Shown in pieces: positions 63,418-64,000 of a stretch of 64,000 nt of DNA. The DNA is from Callorhinchus milii. Lineage: Eukaryota. The first letter of the stretch is position 1. Every line of letters starts with the position of its first letter. The DNA is taken from contig NW_024704743.1 in assembly GCF_018977255.1 (NCBI RefSeq), positions 18,850,001-18,914,000 on the forward strand. The letters run 5' to 3'. The notes below the pieces were generated by a model, which was not told the DNA's origin, did no database searches, and worked only from the letters and a program-made list of their open reading frames with translations. The translations under genes and the position numbers were made by a program.

Positions 63418-63727
63418 TAATAATAATAATCCTTGCATTTGATATAGCGCTTTTCACGTCGGGAGGACGTCCCAAAGCGCTTCACACTGTAAAGTGAATT
63501 GACTATATTTGTGGGCGAACGCGGCAGCCAATTGCGCACAGCAATGTCCCACAAACAGTCGTGGATTGAAAATGACCAATTTATTATTGTTTTTGTTTTG
63601 GAGGGATTATTATTAGGCTCTGTGTGGAGTAAGGAAACTTGCCCAAGGTTTCGCCCTCTGCCTGGAATTGAACTCAGGTCTCTCACTTGTAAAGCGAGTG
63701 CTCTAAACACTGAGCTACAGGACTCCA
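63418..63727 (-). mobile_element. Family-B SINE, young short variant, full length
   Basis: Near-identical reverse complement of 57961-58282, with the L2-type ctccc loop in the tail. Confidence 0.96.
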
Positions 63728-64000
63728 CAATTTGGCACTCAATCAGCCACTCAGTCCCTGGGGAAAAAACTGTACAGACGCTCTTAAAAATTCTGCAGTA
63801 GAAGGAGCTTCCAAGAGATGACAAAGCAAGAACATGTCCAAAGCCTACATTTGCCAAAGGTTGCTGTGAGGGAGTTAAGGACCTCATAAAGGCAGCATTG
63901 AAGTGAGGTCAGACAGTGCTTATCACTGGACCTCACAATGGGCTCTGCAAAACAAGGTTCTTCCAAAATCTGAGGGGAGACTGAGAGGGAGTCAGCCAAT

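Larger units (their letters stand above)
16499..64000 (+). other. CACNB2: CACNB2 long intron 2 (over 47 kb, incomplete)
   Basis: No GSADSYTSRPSDSD-encoding exon 3 was seen in the window. This intron is known to be very large and to hold alternative first exons in other vertebrates. Confidence 0.8.

Noticed and set aside
62958..63887. Longest ORF in the track (309 aa, minus strand)
   Set aside because: It runs through an entire family-B SINE (same peptide as 57976-58284), starts at a non-ATG codon and has no recognisable domain, so it is a chance open frame.

Overview
Vertebrate nuclear DNA, very likely from a cartilaginous fish. The SINE/LINE repertoire suggests a chimaera or shark, but this is inference and was not verified by search. 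The only host gene I can support is the 5' end of CACNB2 (voltage-gated Ca2+ channel beta-2 subunit) on the + strand. It comprises a CpG- and microsatellite-rich promoter (~13.3-14.2 kb), coding exon 1 (14194-14262, MVHSDMSKTQEIQLGLLENPSMQ) and coding exon 2 (16406-16498, [31 protein letters not shown]), followed by a very long intron that runs off the right edge. Everything else is intergenic or intronic and dominated by decayed non-LTR retrotransposons: a near-full-length CR1 LINE (1-4185), many CR1 and L2 3' fragments, an old Deu-domain tRNA-SINE family (A), a younger tRNA-Ala-like SINE family (B) with an L2-type tail, and AmnSINE2-like and LF-SINE-like relics. Most ORFs in the supplied track are fragments or antisense by-products of these repeats. 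The most interesting observations are: (1) a candidate unannotated di-cysteine alternative first exon, or recursive splice site, in intron 2; (2) a two-tailed composite SINE sharing a 3' flank at two loci 35 kb apart; (3) a hammerhead-ribozyme-like motif in a Penelope-type relic; (4) SINE/L2 tail stem-loops differing by a compensatory base pair; (5) a multi-level nested insertion; (6) an unclassified dispersed repeat family; (7) several local templated duplications. Repeat boundaries are approximate and family names come from recalled consensus sequences, not database hits.
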